From the NCBI GenBank assembly GCA_963713045.1, contig CAVQKE010000001.1, positions 64,001-128,000 on the forward strand: a stretch of 64,000 nucleotides of DNA, in the 5' to 3' direction. This document shows positions 19,723 through 29,089 of this stretch, one piece after another. The DNA comes from an uncultured delta proteobacterium. Its GTDB lineage: Bacteria; Myxococcota; Myxococcia; Myxococcales; Myxococcaceae. Made by a program: the position numbers and the translations under genes. Under the pieces are notes generated by a model, which was given only the letters and a program-made list of their open reading frames with translations, was not told where the DNA came from and searched no databases. How positions within the stretch are numbered: the stretch's first letter is position 1; the number at the start of each line of letters is the position of its first letter.

Positions 19723-20802
19723 TCAGTGAACGAAAATGCTCTTCGGAACCATGCAGTGCACGCCCTTTCGGATGTCCACCACCTGGCTCACCCGGCAATC
19801 GGCGGCGAGCGCGGCCAGAGAGTAAGCCTCGTAGCGGTCGAGGCCCTTCTTCTGGACGAGGAAGTCCACCGTCTCGGCGACGGCAATCGCCATCGCCTTG
19901 TCCAGGCTCTCATCGAAGCCCACCTGAATGTAGTGGGTGGGCGTCTCGATGCGCGGCCAGGTGAGCTTCATGTCCTTTCTCACAATCGGCTGAATCTCGA
20001 TGTTCTCGAACGAGCACTCGAGGGCCGTCAGGTTCACCTCGCCATTGCCCTGAGCGCAGTGCGAATCCCCCGTCCAAATCAGTCCGCCTTTGAGGAAGAC
20101 CGGGATAAAGATGGTGCTGCCGGCGGTCAGCTCGTTGATGTCCATGTTGGACCCATTCTTCCAAGGGCGCAGCGAGCTCACTGGGGCGAACGGGTCCTTC
20201 GAGCCGCCTTTCCTCGGTGAGGGGTCATTCGGGTCAATCCCCACTGCCAGTGTGCCAGGGAACGGCCGCAGCGGAAGCACGATGCCTGGCTTGAAGACGG
20301 TCTGGTTTTTCTTCAAGTCCAGGTCGAAGTACTGCACGTGGCCTTCGGGAAATTCGGATGCCAGCAATCCAATGGTGGGGAAGTCCTTGCCCGGGAGATT
20401 GAAGTTGGCGCCCACCCTCTTGGGAACGATTTTCAGAATGCGAATTTCCAGGACGTCTCCCGGTTCGGCGCCCTCGACATAAATTGGCCCGGTGAGCGAG
20501 TGGGGGCCGCCGCCCGGATTCGCTTTGCGCAAGGCAACAATCTCCTCCATCGACGTGCCTTTCTGAATCTGGTCCTTGGCGTGCATCAGGGTCTCAATGG
20601 AGACAATGTCGCCTGAGGCAATGGTGAGCCGAGGAGGCTCCTTGGGGTCGAGCCATCCCCACTGCACCGTCTCGGGCGTGGCTTTGAGGACATAATGCTT
20701 CGGGGGCTTGGCCGCGGCTTTTGCCGAAGGCACCTCGTCGGCGGCGGCAACGCCGGCCAATAGCAAGCCCAACCCTGCCTCCATCCGCAGCAGCCTCCCC
20801 AT
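19723..20802 (-). CDS. Acetamidase/formamidase family protein (probably exported)
   Basis: GPHSLTGPIYVEGAEPGDVL, GSNMD, GDSHCAQGNGEV; signal-like N-terminus; RBS GGAGG. Confidence 0.92.
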   Translation of the reverse strand: MGRLLRMEAGLGLLLAGVAAADEVPSAKAAAKPPKHYVLKATPETVQWGWLDPKEPPRLTIASGDIVSIETLMHAKDQIQKGTSMEEIVALRKANPGGGPHSLTGPIYVEGAEPGDVLEIRILKIVPKRVGANFNLPGKDFPTIGLLASEFPEGHVQYFDLDLKKNQTVFKPGIVLPLRPFPGTLAVGIDPNDPSPRKGGSKDPFAPVSSLRPWKNGSNMDINELTAGSTIFIPVFLKGGLIWTGDSHCAQGNGEVNLTALECSFENIEIQPIVRKDMKLTWPRIETPTHYIQVGFDESLDKAMAIAVAETVDFLVQKKGLDRYEAYSLAALAADCRVSQVVDIRKGVHCMVPKSIFVH

Positions 20803-20910
20803 GCGCCCTCCTTCGTCTTCGGTGGCTAGGCTAGCCCAGCGTGCACCCGGTTCCCGCCGCAGGGTGAGCGGGCACATTAGCGAGGCCTTGGGGAGGTATG
20901 ACCTGCGCCC

Positions 20911-21645
20911 TCAACCCTCGGAGTTGCGCGCTCCGCGAGGCGAATTGGAGTGCTGGAGCAACAGCGTGCGGACTTGAGGATGGTGCTTCACCACCACCTG
21001 CTTCAGCAGGTGCTGTAAGACACTGGGCGGCGTTGCTCCCCAGCGGGCGAAGTTCTGCACCAGAAGCACCGAGGCGACGGTGCGGCCGCACACCAGCGCC
21101 GCCGTCTTTTGGTCGAGCGGGAGCCCTGTCAGCAGCAGCAGCACGCGGCCCTCGGTATGGAAGAGGAGCTCCACCTTTTCCTCCGGCGCCGCGGTGTTCG
21201 CGAACTTGTGGCGCAGCACCTCCCGGCTGGCCCGCTGATTCTTTTCTGGTAGCTCGCGGCTGACGCTTAATTTGAAAAGCTCAACCAGCCGTTTCGACCC
21301 GAGCAGTCGCTGGAGAAGCGCCGAGGGCAGCTGCACATTGCGCAACAGAAGCCGCTGCACCTCGCCGTCACGGAGAAAGGCCTCGCGGTTGGCAAGCGCC
21401 TGAAGCGCGGAGGGGTGTGGGTGATGCGCAGCCAAGAGACGCGCCTGCCCCAGCCCGAAGCGCGGATTGGCAAGCAGCTGCGCCGCCACCGCGGGAAGTG
21501 GGTCGAAACAGAGCGCCGACAGCACCGGCTCCTCCGCCGCCAGCGCGAAGGCGGCGCGGCTCTCCGCCGCCAGCCCATGCAGCTTGCGCTCGAACAACTG
21601 GCGCAGCCGCAAGGCTTCCGCGTCCGGACGGGCCTCTTCTTCCAT
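20911..21645 (-). CDS. Hypothetical alpha-helical repeat protein (LRV/DUF2336-like)
   Basis: LCFDPLPAV...LLANPRF, LLRNVQLP, LLQHSNSP repeats. Confidence 0.65.
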   Translation of the reverse strand: MEEEARPDAEALRLRQLFERKLHGLAAESRAAFALAAEEPVLSALCFDPLPAVAAQLLANPRFGLGQARLLAAHHPHPSALQALANREAFLRDGEVQRLLLRNVQLPSALLQRLLGSKRLVELFKLSVSRELPEKNQRASREVLRHKFANTAAPEEKVELLFHTEGRVLLLLTGLPLDQKTAALVCGRTVASVLLVQNFARWGATPPSVLQHLLKQVVVKHHPQVRTLLLQHSNSPRGARNSEG

Positions 21646-21833
21646 GGCACCCAAAACGGACGCCAATGCTAACCCCCCTGACGCTTTGCGCTCGCTGACG
21701 CGATGCGGCAAGGCTGGGTGACACTTCGGCTGCTTGCCCCGTGCTTTTGAATGCCCCGCAACGGAAGCCGTCGGTTGCGTGTTCCAAAGCGCGGCAGCAC
21801 GCCGCGGCATCGGCCGAGGAGGGCCTTCCACAC

Positions 21834-23510
21834 ATGACGACTCGGCGGCCTTCGACTTCGGTGGCGGCGGCACACCCGGCAGTGCTTCTCGGCTGGCCCC
21901 TCCTCTTGGCGGCATCCCTGGCCGGCTGCAGCAGCACCAGCTCCAACGCTGGGGCACCAGACAGCGGGCTGGACGCGGACACCGTCCGCTTTCTCGAGCA
22001 GAGTACCTTTGGACCCAGCGAAGCGCTCGCGAGGACAGTCCAGGACGCGGGCTTCGCGGCGTTTATCGACACCCAGTTCAACCTGCCGACCAGCAGTCTC
22101 GGTACCTACCCCGTCGTGTTGCAGTCTCCCGCCGTGGTGTGTCCGCCCACCGCGCCCTCCAACTGTTACCGCGACAACTTCAGCGCTTTTCAACCCTCGG
22201 TGCAGTTCTTCCGCAACGCGCTGGCGGGAAGCGACCAGCTTCGACAGCGCGTGGCCCTTGCCCTCAGTCAGATTCTGGTGGTCAGCGACGAGGATGTGCC
22301 CACCACCTACGGGATGGCGGCCTATGAGCAGCTCCTCCTCAACGACGCCCTCACCAACTACCGGCAGATTCTGCAGGACGTGACGCTGAGTCCAGCCATG
22401 GGCCGGTACCTGAACATGGTGAACAACAACAAGGCCAACCCGGCGGAGGGCACCCATCCCAACGAGAACTACGCCCGCGAGCTGCTTCAGCTGTTCTCAA
22501 TTGGCTTGGTGCAGCTCAACGCAGACGGCAGCATGGTGACCGACTCCAACGGGCAGCCGGTACCCACCTATCCGCAGAGCGTCGTGGACGGCTATGCCGC
22601 CGTGTTTACCGGCTGGACGTACCCCACCGTCCCAGGCGCGACGCCCCAGGGGCACAACCCGGCTTACTACTTGGGGCCAATGGTGGCGGTGGAGGCCAAC
22701 CACGACACCACGCAGAAGACTTTGCTCAACGGCGCCACGCTGCCGGCCGGCCAGACAGCCGCCCAGGACCTGAGCGGGGCGCTCGACATTCTCTTCAGCC
22801 ACCCCAACGTCGGGCCGTTCATCGGCAAGCAGTTGATTCAATTCCTCGTCACCAGCAACCCAAGCCCGGCCTACATTTCTCGCGTCAGCGCCGCCTTTGC
22901 CGACAACGGGTCGGGTGTGCGCGGTGACATGCAGGCAGTGGTGCGCGCCATTCTGCTCGACCCGGAAGCGCGCGGAGCGGTCCAGTCCGGCACCGGCTAC
23001 GGCAAGTTGCGTGAGCCCGTCCTGCTCGCAGCCAACCTGGCTCGGGCGCTGGAAGCCCAGAGCGACGGCGTCTACCTTCGCAACGCGGCCGCGGCGATGG
23101 AGCAGCCGCTCTATTCGGCCGGCAGCGTCTTCAACTTCTATCCTCCCAACTATCCGCTTCCGGGAACCGCGCTGCTCAGCCCACCTTCGACGCTGTATGA
23201 CAGCACCAGCGCGCTGACCCGCGCGAATTTCGTCTTCGAGCTCCTCTTCGAGACCGTCAACCCAGACCCCACCATCCCCGGCGCGACCGGCACCACCGCT
23301 CCGCTGACGGACTTTCTCACCTCCGCCAGCGACGCCGGGGCCCTCGCCGACCGCCTCAATGCGCTCCTGATGCACGGCACCATGTCTTCCGGCATGCGCC
23401 AGGCGGTGCTGGATGCAGTGAACGCCGTTCCCAGCACGGATGCCATCGACCGGGTTCGGGCAGCGGCGTACGTCGTCGGAACCTCGGCCCAATACCAGGT
23501 GGAGCAGTGA
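21834..23510 (+). CDS. DUF1800 family lipoprotein
   Basis: LAGC lipobox, RFLEQSTFGP, DQLRQRVA, PNENYARELLQLFSIG, LVTSNPSPAY, GKLREP. Confidence 0.93.
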   Translation: MTTRRPSTSVAAAHPAVLLGWPLLLAASLAGCSSTSSNAGAPDSGLDADTVRFLEQSTFGPSEALARTVQDAGFAAFIDTQFNLPTSSLGTYPVVLQSPAVVCPPTAPSNCYRDNFSAFQPSVQFFRNALAGSDQLRQRVALALSQILVVSDEDVPTTYGMAAYEQLLLNDALTNYRQILQDVTLSPAMGRYLNMVNNNKANPAEGTHPNENYARELLQLFSIGLVQLNADGSMVTDSNGQPVPTYPQSVVDGYAAVFTGWTYPTVPGATPQGHNPAYYLGPMVAVEANHDTTQKTLLNGATLPAGQTAAQDLSGALDILFSHPNVGPFIGKQLIQFLVTSNPSPAYISRVSAAFADNGSGVRGDMQAVVRAILLDPEARGAVQSGTGYGKLREPVLLAANLARALEAQSDGVYLRNAAAAMEQPLYSAGSVFNFYPPNYPLPGTALLSPPSTLYDSTSALTRANFVFELLFETVNPDPTIPGATGTTAPLTDFLTSASDAGALADRLNALLMHGTMSSGMRQAVLDAVNAVPSTDAIDRVRAAAYVVGTSAQYQVEQ

Positions 23511-24871
23511 CCATGCGCATCTCACGAAGAAGCTTCCTCGAAGCCCTCGGCGCAATCGGCGCGGCCGCCTCCTTCTCGAAGTTCGGCGAGGGACGGGCTT
23601 TTGCGCAGACCGCCGACGACTACAAGGCCCTGGTGTGCGTGTTCCTCTTCGGAGGTAACGACGGCAACAACACGGTGGTGCCCCTGGACAGCGCCGGCTA
23701 CGCCGCTTACGCGACAGCTCGCGGCGCCATCGGCGCTGGCGGTCTTGCCCTCCCCCAGGCCCAACTCCTCCCACTCACTCCGGCCAGCGGCGCGGCCGCC
23801 TATGGGCTGCACCCCAACCTCCCGGAGCTTCAGACACTGTGGAACGACGGTGTGCTTGCGGTGGTCTTCAACATCGGGACGCTGCTCGCCCCGACGACCA
23901 AGCAGCAATACCTCCAGAATGCCGTCCCCATCCCCATCAGCTTGATGTCCCACCAAGACCAGCAGCACCAGTGGGCTACCTCTCTGTCGGACCAGTACTC
24001 GCAGACCGGCTGGGGCGGCCGCATCGCCGACGGCCTCTCCGCTGGGCCCCTTCCTTCCGTCATCTCCATCAGCGGAAACCAACTCTTCGCACTCGGCGCG
24101 AGTTCCAGCCCGCTGTCGCTTCCGGCAGCCGGCGGAACCTTCGCACTCGCCGGTTTCAACGGCTCGGCCGCTGCCAATGCCCGGCTGCAGGCCATGCAAA
24201 GCGTCCGCACGTTGGAGGAAGCCAACCTCATCGTCCAGGCGACCCAGTCGCAGACTTCGGGGGCACTGTCGGCCAGTTCCTTGGTGGCGCCCGTCCTGGC
24301 AGGCACCGGGTCCACCGTGGATGGACTCTTCGGTGGTCTCACCTCGAGTATTGCGCTGCAGCTGAAGCAGGTCGCGCGGATGATTCAGGCGCGGCAGGCG
24401 CTGGGCGTGGGCCGCCAAATTTTCTTCGTCAGTCAGAGCAGCTACGACACCCACAACGACCAGCTAGCCCGCCAGGCGGCGCTCTTCAGCGACCTCTCCC
24501 CGGCGCTGAACGCCTTCTACCAGGCAACCGTCCAGCTGGGCGTTGCCCAGCAAGTCACCGCATTCACCCTTTCCGACTTCAGCCGGACGCTCCAGCCCGC
24601 CTCGGGGGATGGCTCAGACCATGCGTGGGGGAACCACCACGTGGTGCTCGGCGGCGCGGTGCAGGGTCGTCAAACCTACGGCACCTTTCCGACGCTTCAA
24701 CTGGCCGGGCCGGATGATTTCACCGGGCAAGGCCGTTGGGTCCCCACGCTGGCAGTGGACCAATATGCCGCCACGCTGGCGACTTGGTTCGGGGTGAGCG
24801 CCACCGACCTAACCACTGTGCTTCCCTATGTCGGTCGCTACCCCACCGCCAACCTCGGTTTTCTCGCCTAG
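23507..24871 (+). CDS. DUF1501 family protein with Tat signal
   Basis: SRRSFL Tat motif, DYKALVCVFLFGGND, YDTH, SDFSRT, GSDHAWG; canonical pairing with DUF1800. Confidence 0.93.
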   Translation: MTMRISRRSFLEALGAIGAAASFSKFGEGRAFAQTADDYKALVCVFLFGGNDGNNTVVPLDSAGYAAYATARGAIGAGGLALPQAQLLPLTPASGAAAYGLHPNLPELQTLWNDGVLAVVFNIGTLLAPTTKQQYLQNAVPIPISLMSHQDQQHQWATSLSDQYSQTGWGGRIADGLSAGPLPSVISISGNQLFALGASSSPLSLPAAGGTFALAGFNGSAAANARLQAMQSVRTLEEANLIVQATQSQTSGALSASSLVAPVLAGTGSTVDGLFGGLTSSIALQLKQVARMIQARQALGVGRQIFFVSQSSYDTHNDQLARQAALFSDLSPALNAFYQATVQLGVAQQVTAFTLSDFSRTLQPASGDGSDHAWGNHHVVLGGAVQGRQTYGTFPTLQLAGPDDFTGQGRWVPTLAVDQYAATLATWFGVSATDLTTVLPYVGRYPTANLGFLA

Positions 24872-27009
24872 CGCTCGGCCCGACGGACCTGCACTGGAAC
24901 GCCGCTGAAGGCGGCGGCTCCGGTGAGCGCATCGACCAGGCGCTCGTCGGTGAGGTCGTTGATGCTCGCGCCGGGATGGGCGGTCGCCACCTGGGCGAGG
25001 ACACCATCGCGGCCGTGCCCCCATCCGTGGGGGATGCTGACCGTGCCAGGCATCATCTCCTCGCTTACCTCGAGCGGAAGGGGAATGGCGCCGGCCCGAG
25101 ACTGCACCACCACCGGCTCGCCGTGGGTGAGTCCGCGCATGGCCGCATCCTCGGGGTGCATCAACAAGGTGCACCGCGGCGGACCCTTCACCAGGCGGAG
25201 GCTGTTGTGCATCCAGGAGTTGTTGCTCCGCAGCTGACGGCGGCCAACCAGCTGCAGCGAGCCGTTGGCAGGCGCCGGACTTTTCAGGTAACGCGAGCTC
25301 AGCCGCCCCACGTCCCCCATCAACTCGGCAGGGGCCAGCTGGATGTGCCGATTCCGGGTGTGGAGTCGGCCCGGTAGGCAGGGTTCCAGCGGGCCAAAAT
25401 CCACGCCGTGGGGGGCGGCCTCAAGAGCGGCCAGCGTCAGTCGGTGCGGCGACCGACGGCCGTAGGGGCCGGCCCGCAGCCCGAGGTCGAGGAGCCGCCG
25501 GGGGGAGGCCCAGCGGAGGGCGACGGCCCGCGCCCGAGCTCGCAACCCTCCAAAGCGCCCGCGCCGAGCGAGCCGGGCAGTCAGGCCGTTGAAAATCTCC
25601 CAGTCCTGAAGGGCTCCGGGCGGCGCCGGGAAGAGGCCGGGCGAGTACTTGGCCGTGTTGCGCACCGCCAACAGGTGAAACACGACGTCATAGTGGTCGT
25701 GTTCGAGCGGCGAGGTGGGCGGGAGGATGAGGTGCGCGTGGCGCGTGGTTTCGTTGACGTAGAAGTCGACGGACGCCATGAAGTCGAGCGAGCCGAGCGC
25801 GCGGTCGAGCTGAGTCCCGTTGGGTGTGGAGAGGACTGGATTTCCCGCAACCGTCACCAGCGCAGCGATGCCGCCCGGTCCGGGAGTGAGAATCTCCTCG
25901 GCCAGAGTGGCCACTGGGTATTCGCCGCCAAACTCTGGAAGCTGACGCACACGCGAGCGGCGGAGGCCGAAGTGCCCACGGCTAGCTCCGGCGCCAATCA
26001 CGTCGAAGGCGGGTCGGGTAAACATCGCGCCCCCCGCGCGGTCGAGGTTCCCGGTGACCGCGTTCAGCACGTTGAGGAGCCACTGACAGAGCCCGCCGAA
26101 CTCCTGAGTGGAGAGGCCAACCCGCCCGTATGCCACGGCGGAGGGCGCGGCCGCGAAGTCGCGCGCCAGGCGACGAATGGCCTCGGCTGGCACGCCCGTC
26201 GGCCCGGCAACGACTTCGGCCGGAAAGGCCTGCACCAACTGCTCAACGGCGCCGAGTCCATCGAGGAAAGCAGACAGACGTCCAGGCTGGACCCGCCCTT
26301 CGGCAAAGAGAGTGTGCAGCATCGCCAGCAGAAGCAGGGCGTCCGTCCCGGGCCGAATGAAAAGGTGGGTGTCGGCAAGCTCCGCTGTCTCGGTCCGGCG
26401 CGGGTCCACCACCACCAGCCGACCGCCGCGCGCCTTGAGTGCTTTCAGCCGCAAAGGCATCCCCGGAGCGCTCATCAAGCTTCCGTTGGAGACGGCTGGG
26501 TTCGCCCCGAGGACGAGAAAAAGGGCAGTGCGGTCCACGTCGGGAATCGGGAGCAGCAGCTGGTGGCCGAACATCAGGAACGCGGCCAGATGGTGCGCCA
26601 GCTGGTCGACACTGGTGGCCGAATAGCGGTTGTGCGTCCCGAGAGCCTTCACAAAGGGCACTCCTAAGAGGAGCGTCCCGAGGTTGTGGACGGTGGGGTT
26701 GCCTAGGTAGACGGCCACCGCGTCCTTGCCGCGCGCTTCTTGAATCCGGAGCAGCCGCTCCGCCGTCTCGTCCAGCGCCTGTTTCCAGGACAAACGCTGC
26801 CACCCAGTGGCCGTCCGCCGGACCGGAAAGCGGAGCCGGTCCGGGTCCTCGTGAATGTCCTGCAACGCAGTGGCCTTTGGGCAGAGGAAGCCCCGGCTGA
26901 AGGGGTCATCCCGGTCTCCGCGAATGGAAAGGAGCCGCTCGGACTCGACCTCTAACGTCAGACCGCACATTGCCTCGCAAAGGGCGCAGGTGCGGTGGTG
27001 GAGGGGCAT
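24868..27009 (-). CDS. Molybdopterin oxidoreductase (DMSO reductase superfamily)
   Basis: CALCEAMCG...LCPK Fe-S motif, DPRRTETA, RSNNSWMHN, PHGWGH. Confidence 0.93.
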   Translation of the reverse strand: MPLHHRTCALCEAMCGLTLEVESERLLSIRGDRDDPFSRGFLCPKATALQDIHEDPDRLRFPVRRTATGWQRLSWKQALDETAERLLRIQEARGKDAVAVYLGNPTVHNLGTLLLGVPFVKALGTHNRYSATSVDQLAHHLAAFLMFGHQLLLPIPDVDRTALFLVLGANPAVSNGSLMSAPGMPLRLKALKARGGRLVVVDPRRTETAELADTHLFIRPGTDALLLLAMLHTLFAEGRVQPGRLSAFLDGLGAVEQLVQAFPAEVVAGPTGVPAEAIRRLARDFAAAPSAVAYGRVGLSTQEFGGLCQWLLNVLNAVTGNLDRAGGAMFTRPAFDVIGAGASRGHFGLRRSRVRQLPEFGGEYPVATLAEEILTPGPGGIAALVTVAGNPVLSTPNGTQLDRALGSLDFMASVDFYVNETTRHAHLILPPTSPLEHDHYDVVFHLLAVRNTAKYSPGLFPAPPGALQDWEIFNGLTARLARRGRFGGLRARARAVALRWASPRRLLDLGLRAGPYGRRSPHRLTLAALEAAPHGVDFGPLEPCLPGRLHTRNRHIQLAPAELMGDVGRLSSRYLKSPAPANGSLQLVGRRQLRSNNSWMHNSLRLVKGPPRCTLLMHPEDAAMRGLTHGEPVVVQSRAGAIPLPLEVSEEMMPGTVSIPHGWGHGRDGVLAQVATAHPGASINDLTDERLVDALTGAAAFSGVPVQVRRAER

Positions 27010-27024
27010 AGTCCTGGAGGGAGG

Positions 27025-27408
27025 TTACTTCTCTGGCACGTACTGAGCGATGCCGTTTCCGAACGACCAGTCTTCGCGCCCGGCCTCCACGAGACTCACC
27101 ACCAACTCATTCGGTGAAACCCCGGCTTCCGACACCAGCTGAGCCATCCTTCGGTACAGCGCCTGTTTCTGCTCGGTGGTGCGCCCGCGACTCAACGTCA
27201 CCTGCACCAGCACCGGGTCACGGTGGGGAATGCCCAAGTAGCTCGGCGGGAAGGACAGGCCGCCGGCGGCATGGGCGGTCACCACTTGAAAGCGGTCGTC
27301 CGGCGGTACGGCAATGGTTTCCACCAGGGCCCGGTGGACGGCGTCGGCAATGCGCGCCCGGAGCTCTGGGGGCCGGGCGATGGAGACGTCGATGCGCTGC
27401 AGTGGCAT
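27025..27408 (-). CDS. Tautomerase family protein
   Basis: N-terminal catalytic Pro (MPL), DRFQV, GRTTEQK, DWSFGNG. Confidence 0.9.
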   Translation of the reverse strand: MPLQRIDVSIARPPELRARIADAVHRALVETIAVPPDDRFQVVTAHAAGGLSFPPSYLGIPHRDPVLVQVTLSRGRTTEQKQALYRRMAQLVSEAGVSPNELVVSLVEAGREDWSFGNGIAQYVPEK

Positions 27409-27692
27409 GCCCTCCCCGTAACCGTGCCCCGCGCTCCGCGCTGCGGCGAAAGCCGTCGGCGCCCAGTGCCTTCGCGGCTGCCCTGGGGAGGCGTCTCCAT
27501 TTGCCGCACAGCGGCATGACTCTGCGACTTTGGCCGGCGCGACCGCACTGGACGCTTGACGGGGGCTATTTCAGAGCGCCTGTGGCCAACGCATCCCCTG
27601 CAACGCCTTTCTTGGCAGGCGTCCTCGTTCTTGTGTTGAAAAGTACCCCCCTCGTATGGTTGCACGGTCAACAGCCATCGGAGCAGCGTGAA

Positions 27693-28184
27693 GTGACGTC
27701 TTTCGGAAGACTCGCTTGGGCAGTGCGCATCGCTCCCATGCTGTTGCTCGGGGCGTCTCCTCCGGCGCCGCCGTCCGCCTGGCGTCTCCAGCGCACGACG
27801 GAGGGGGGCACCGTCAAATGTCGCATCGAGTCCGAGAAGGCTCCCGTCAAGGACGGGTACCAGGACGTCACCGCCCAGCTGGTCGTCCCTGCGGGCGGGG
27901 GGGTCCTCATCGTGAGCGAATCAACGTTCGACATCGGCTCCGGGGACATCGGCATCCAGGTGGACAAGAACGCCTTCGTGAAGGCAGACAAGCTGGCCGG
28001 GGACAAGACGGTGGTCTTCGAGACTTCCGGAGCAACCCTCGTCTCACAGTTCAGGGCGGGTTTGAGCGCCCGCGCCCAACTACGCTTTTGGCCGACTTGG
28101 CCCGTCACCGGCACCCATGACGCCGTTTTCAGCCTCATCGGCTTCACAAAAGCCTATGAAGACATGCTCGAGAACTGCCACTAG
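27693..28184 (+). CDS. Hypothetical secreted protein
   Basis: GTG after GGAG; signal-like N-terminus; FWPTWP and FSLIGFTKAY motifs; two Cys. Start approximate. Confidence 0.7.
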   Translation: MTSFGRLAWAVRIAPMLLLGASPPAPPSAWRLQRTTEGGTVKCRIESEKAPVKDGYQDVTAQLVVPAGGGVLIVSESTFDIGSGDIGIQVDKNAFVKADKLAGDKTVVFETSGATLVSQFRAGLSARAQLRFWPTWPVTGTHDAVFSLIGFTKAYEDMLENCH

Positions 28185-28196
28185 CCGGAGGTCACT

Positions 28197-29066
28197 GTGG
28201 GGCTTCGACTTAAATTCAACCTAGTTTTGGTCGCGGTCTTCGCCATCGGCTTGGCCTGTTCGGCCTACATCTCCCGGCGCATCCTTCAGCAAAATGCCCA
28301 GGACGAAGTGGAGCGCAACGCGGGCTTGATGATGGAGTCGGCGATGGCGGTCCGCGACTACACCGTGGGCCAGGTGAAACCGAATCTCGAATTGCAGCTG
28401 ATGCGGGTATTCCTGCCACAATCGGTGCCGGCGTACGCAGCCACCGAAGTGTTCAACAACTTGCGAAAAACGTACCCGGAGTACAGTTACAAGGAAGCCA
28501 CTCTCAACCCCACCAACCCGCGCGACAAAACTGTCGGATGGGAGGCCGATGTCGTCAACCAGTTTCGCAACAACCCCGACATCAAGGAAGTCGGCGGGGT
28601 GCGAGACACGCCCAGTGGGCCTTCCCTTTTTCGGGCCCGACCCATCAAGATTACGAACGAGAAGTGCCTCGTCTGCCACAGCACGGTGGACGCAGCGCCC
28701 AAGTCGATGATTCAGCTCTATGGGCCGGCCAATGGCTTCGGATGGAAGCACAACGAAATTATAGGAGCGCAGGTCATCTCGGTCCCCATGGCGCTGCCGC
28801 TGGCGAAGGCCGATACGGCCTTTCGCACCTTCATGACGTCGCTGATTGCGGTCTTCGTGCTTGCCTTCATCGTGCTCAACATCACCCTGTCGGTGATGGT
28901 CATTCGGCCCATCGTCCGGATGTCACGCGCGGCCGACGAAGTCAGCACGGGCAACCTCCAAATTCCCGAGTTCGCCGTCACCAGCAAGGATGAGATTGGC
29001 GTGCTTGCCACGTCCTTCAACCGCCTCCGCCGCAGTCTCGAAAAGGCGATGAAGCTTCTCGAATAA
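28197..29066 (+). CDS. DUF3365 c-type heme sensor domain + HAMP, no output domain
   Basis: TM, PAYAATE, YKEATLNPTNP, CLVCH, TM, HAMP (DEIGVLATSFNRL), then stop. Confidence 0.92.
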   Translation: MGLRLKFNLVLVAVFAIGLACSAYISRRILQQNAQDEVERNAGLMMESAMAVRDYTVGQVKPNLELQLMRVFLPQSVPAYAATEVFNNLRKTYPEYSYKEATLNPTNPRDKTVGWEADVVNQFRNNPDIKEVGGVRDTPSGPSLFRARPIKITNEKCLVCHSTVDAAPKSMIQLYGPANGFGWKHNEIIGAQVISVPMALPLAKADTAFRTFMTSLIAVFVLAFIVLNITLSVMVIRPIVRMSRAADEVSTGNLQIPEFAVTSKDEIGVLATSFNRLRRSLEKAMKLLE

Positions 29067-29089
29067 CCCCGGGAGGCCGCGCGACCGCT

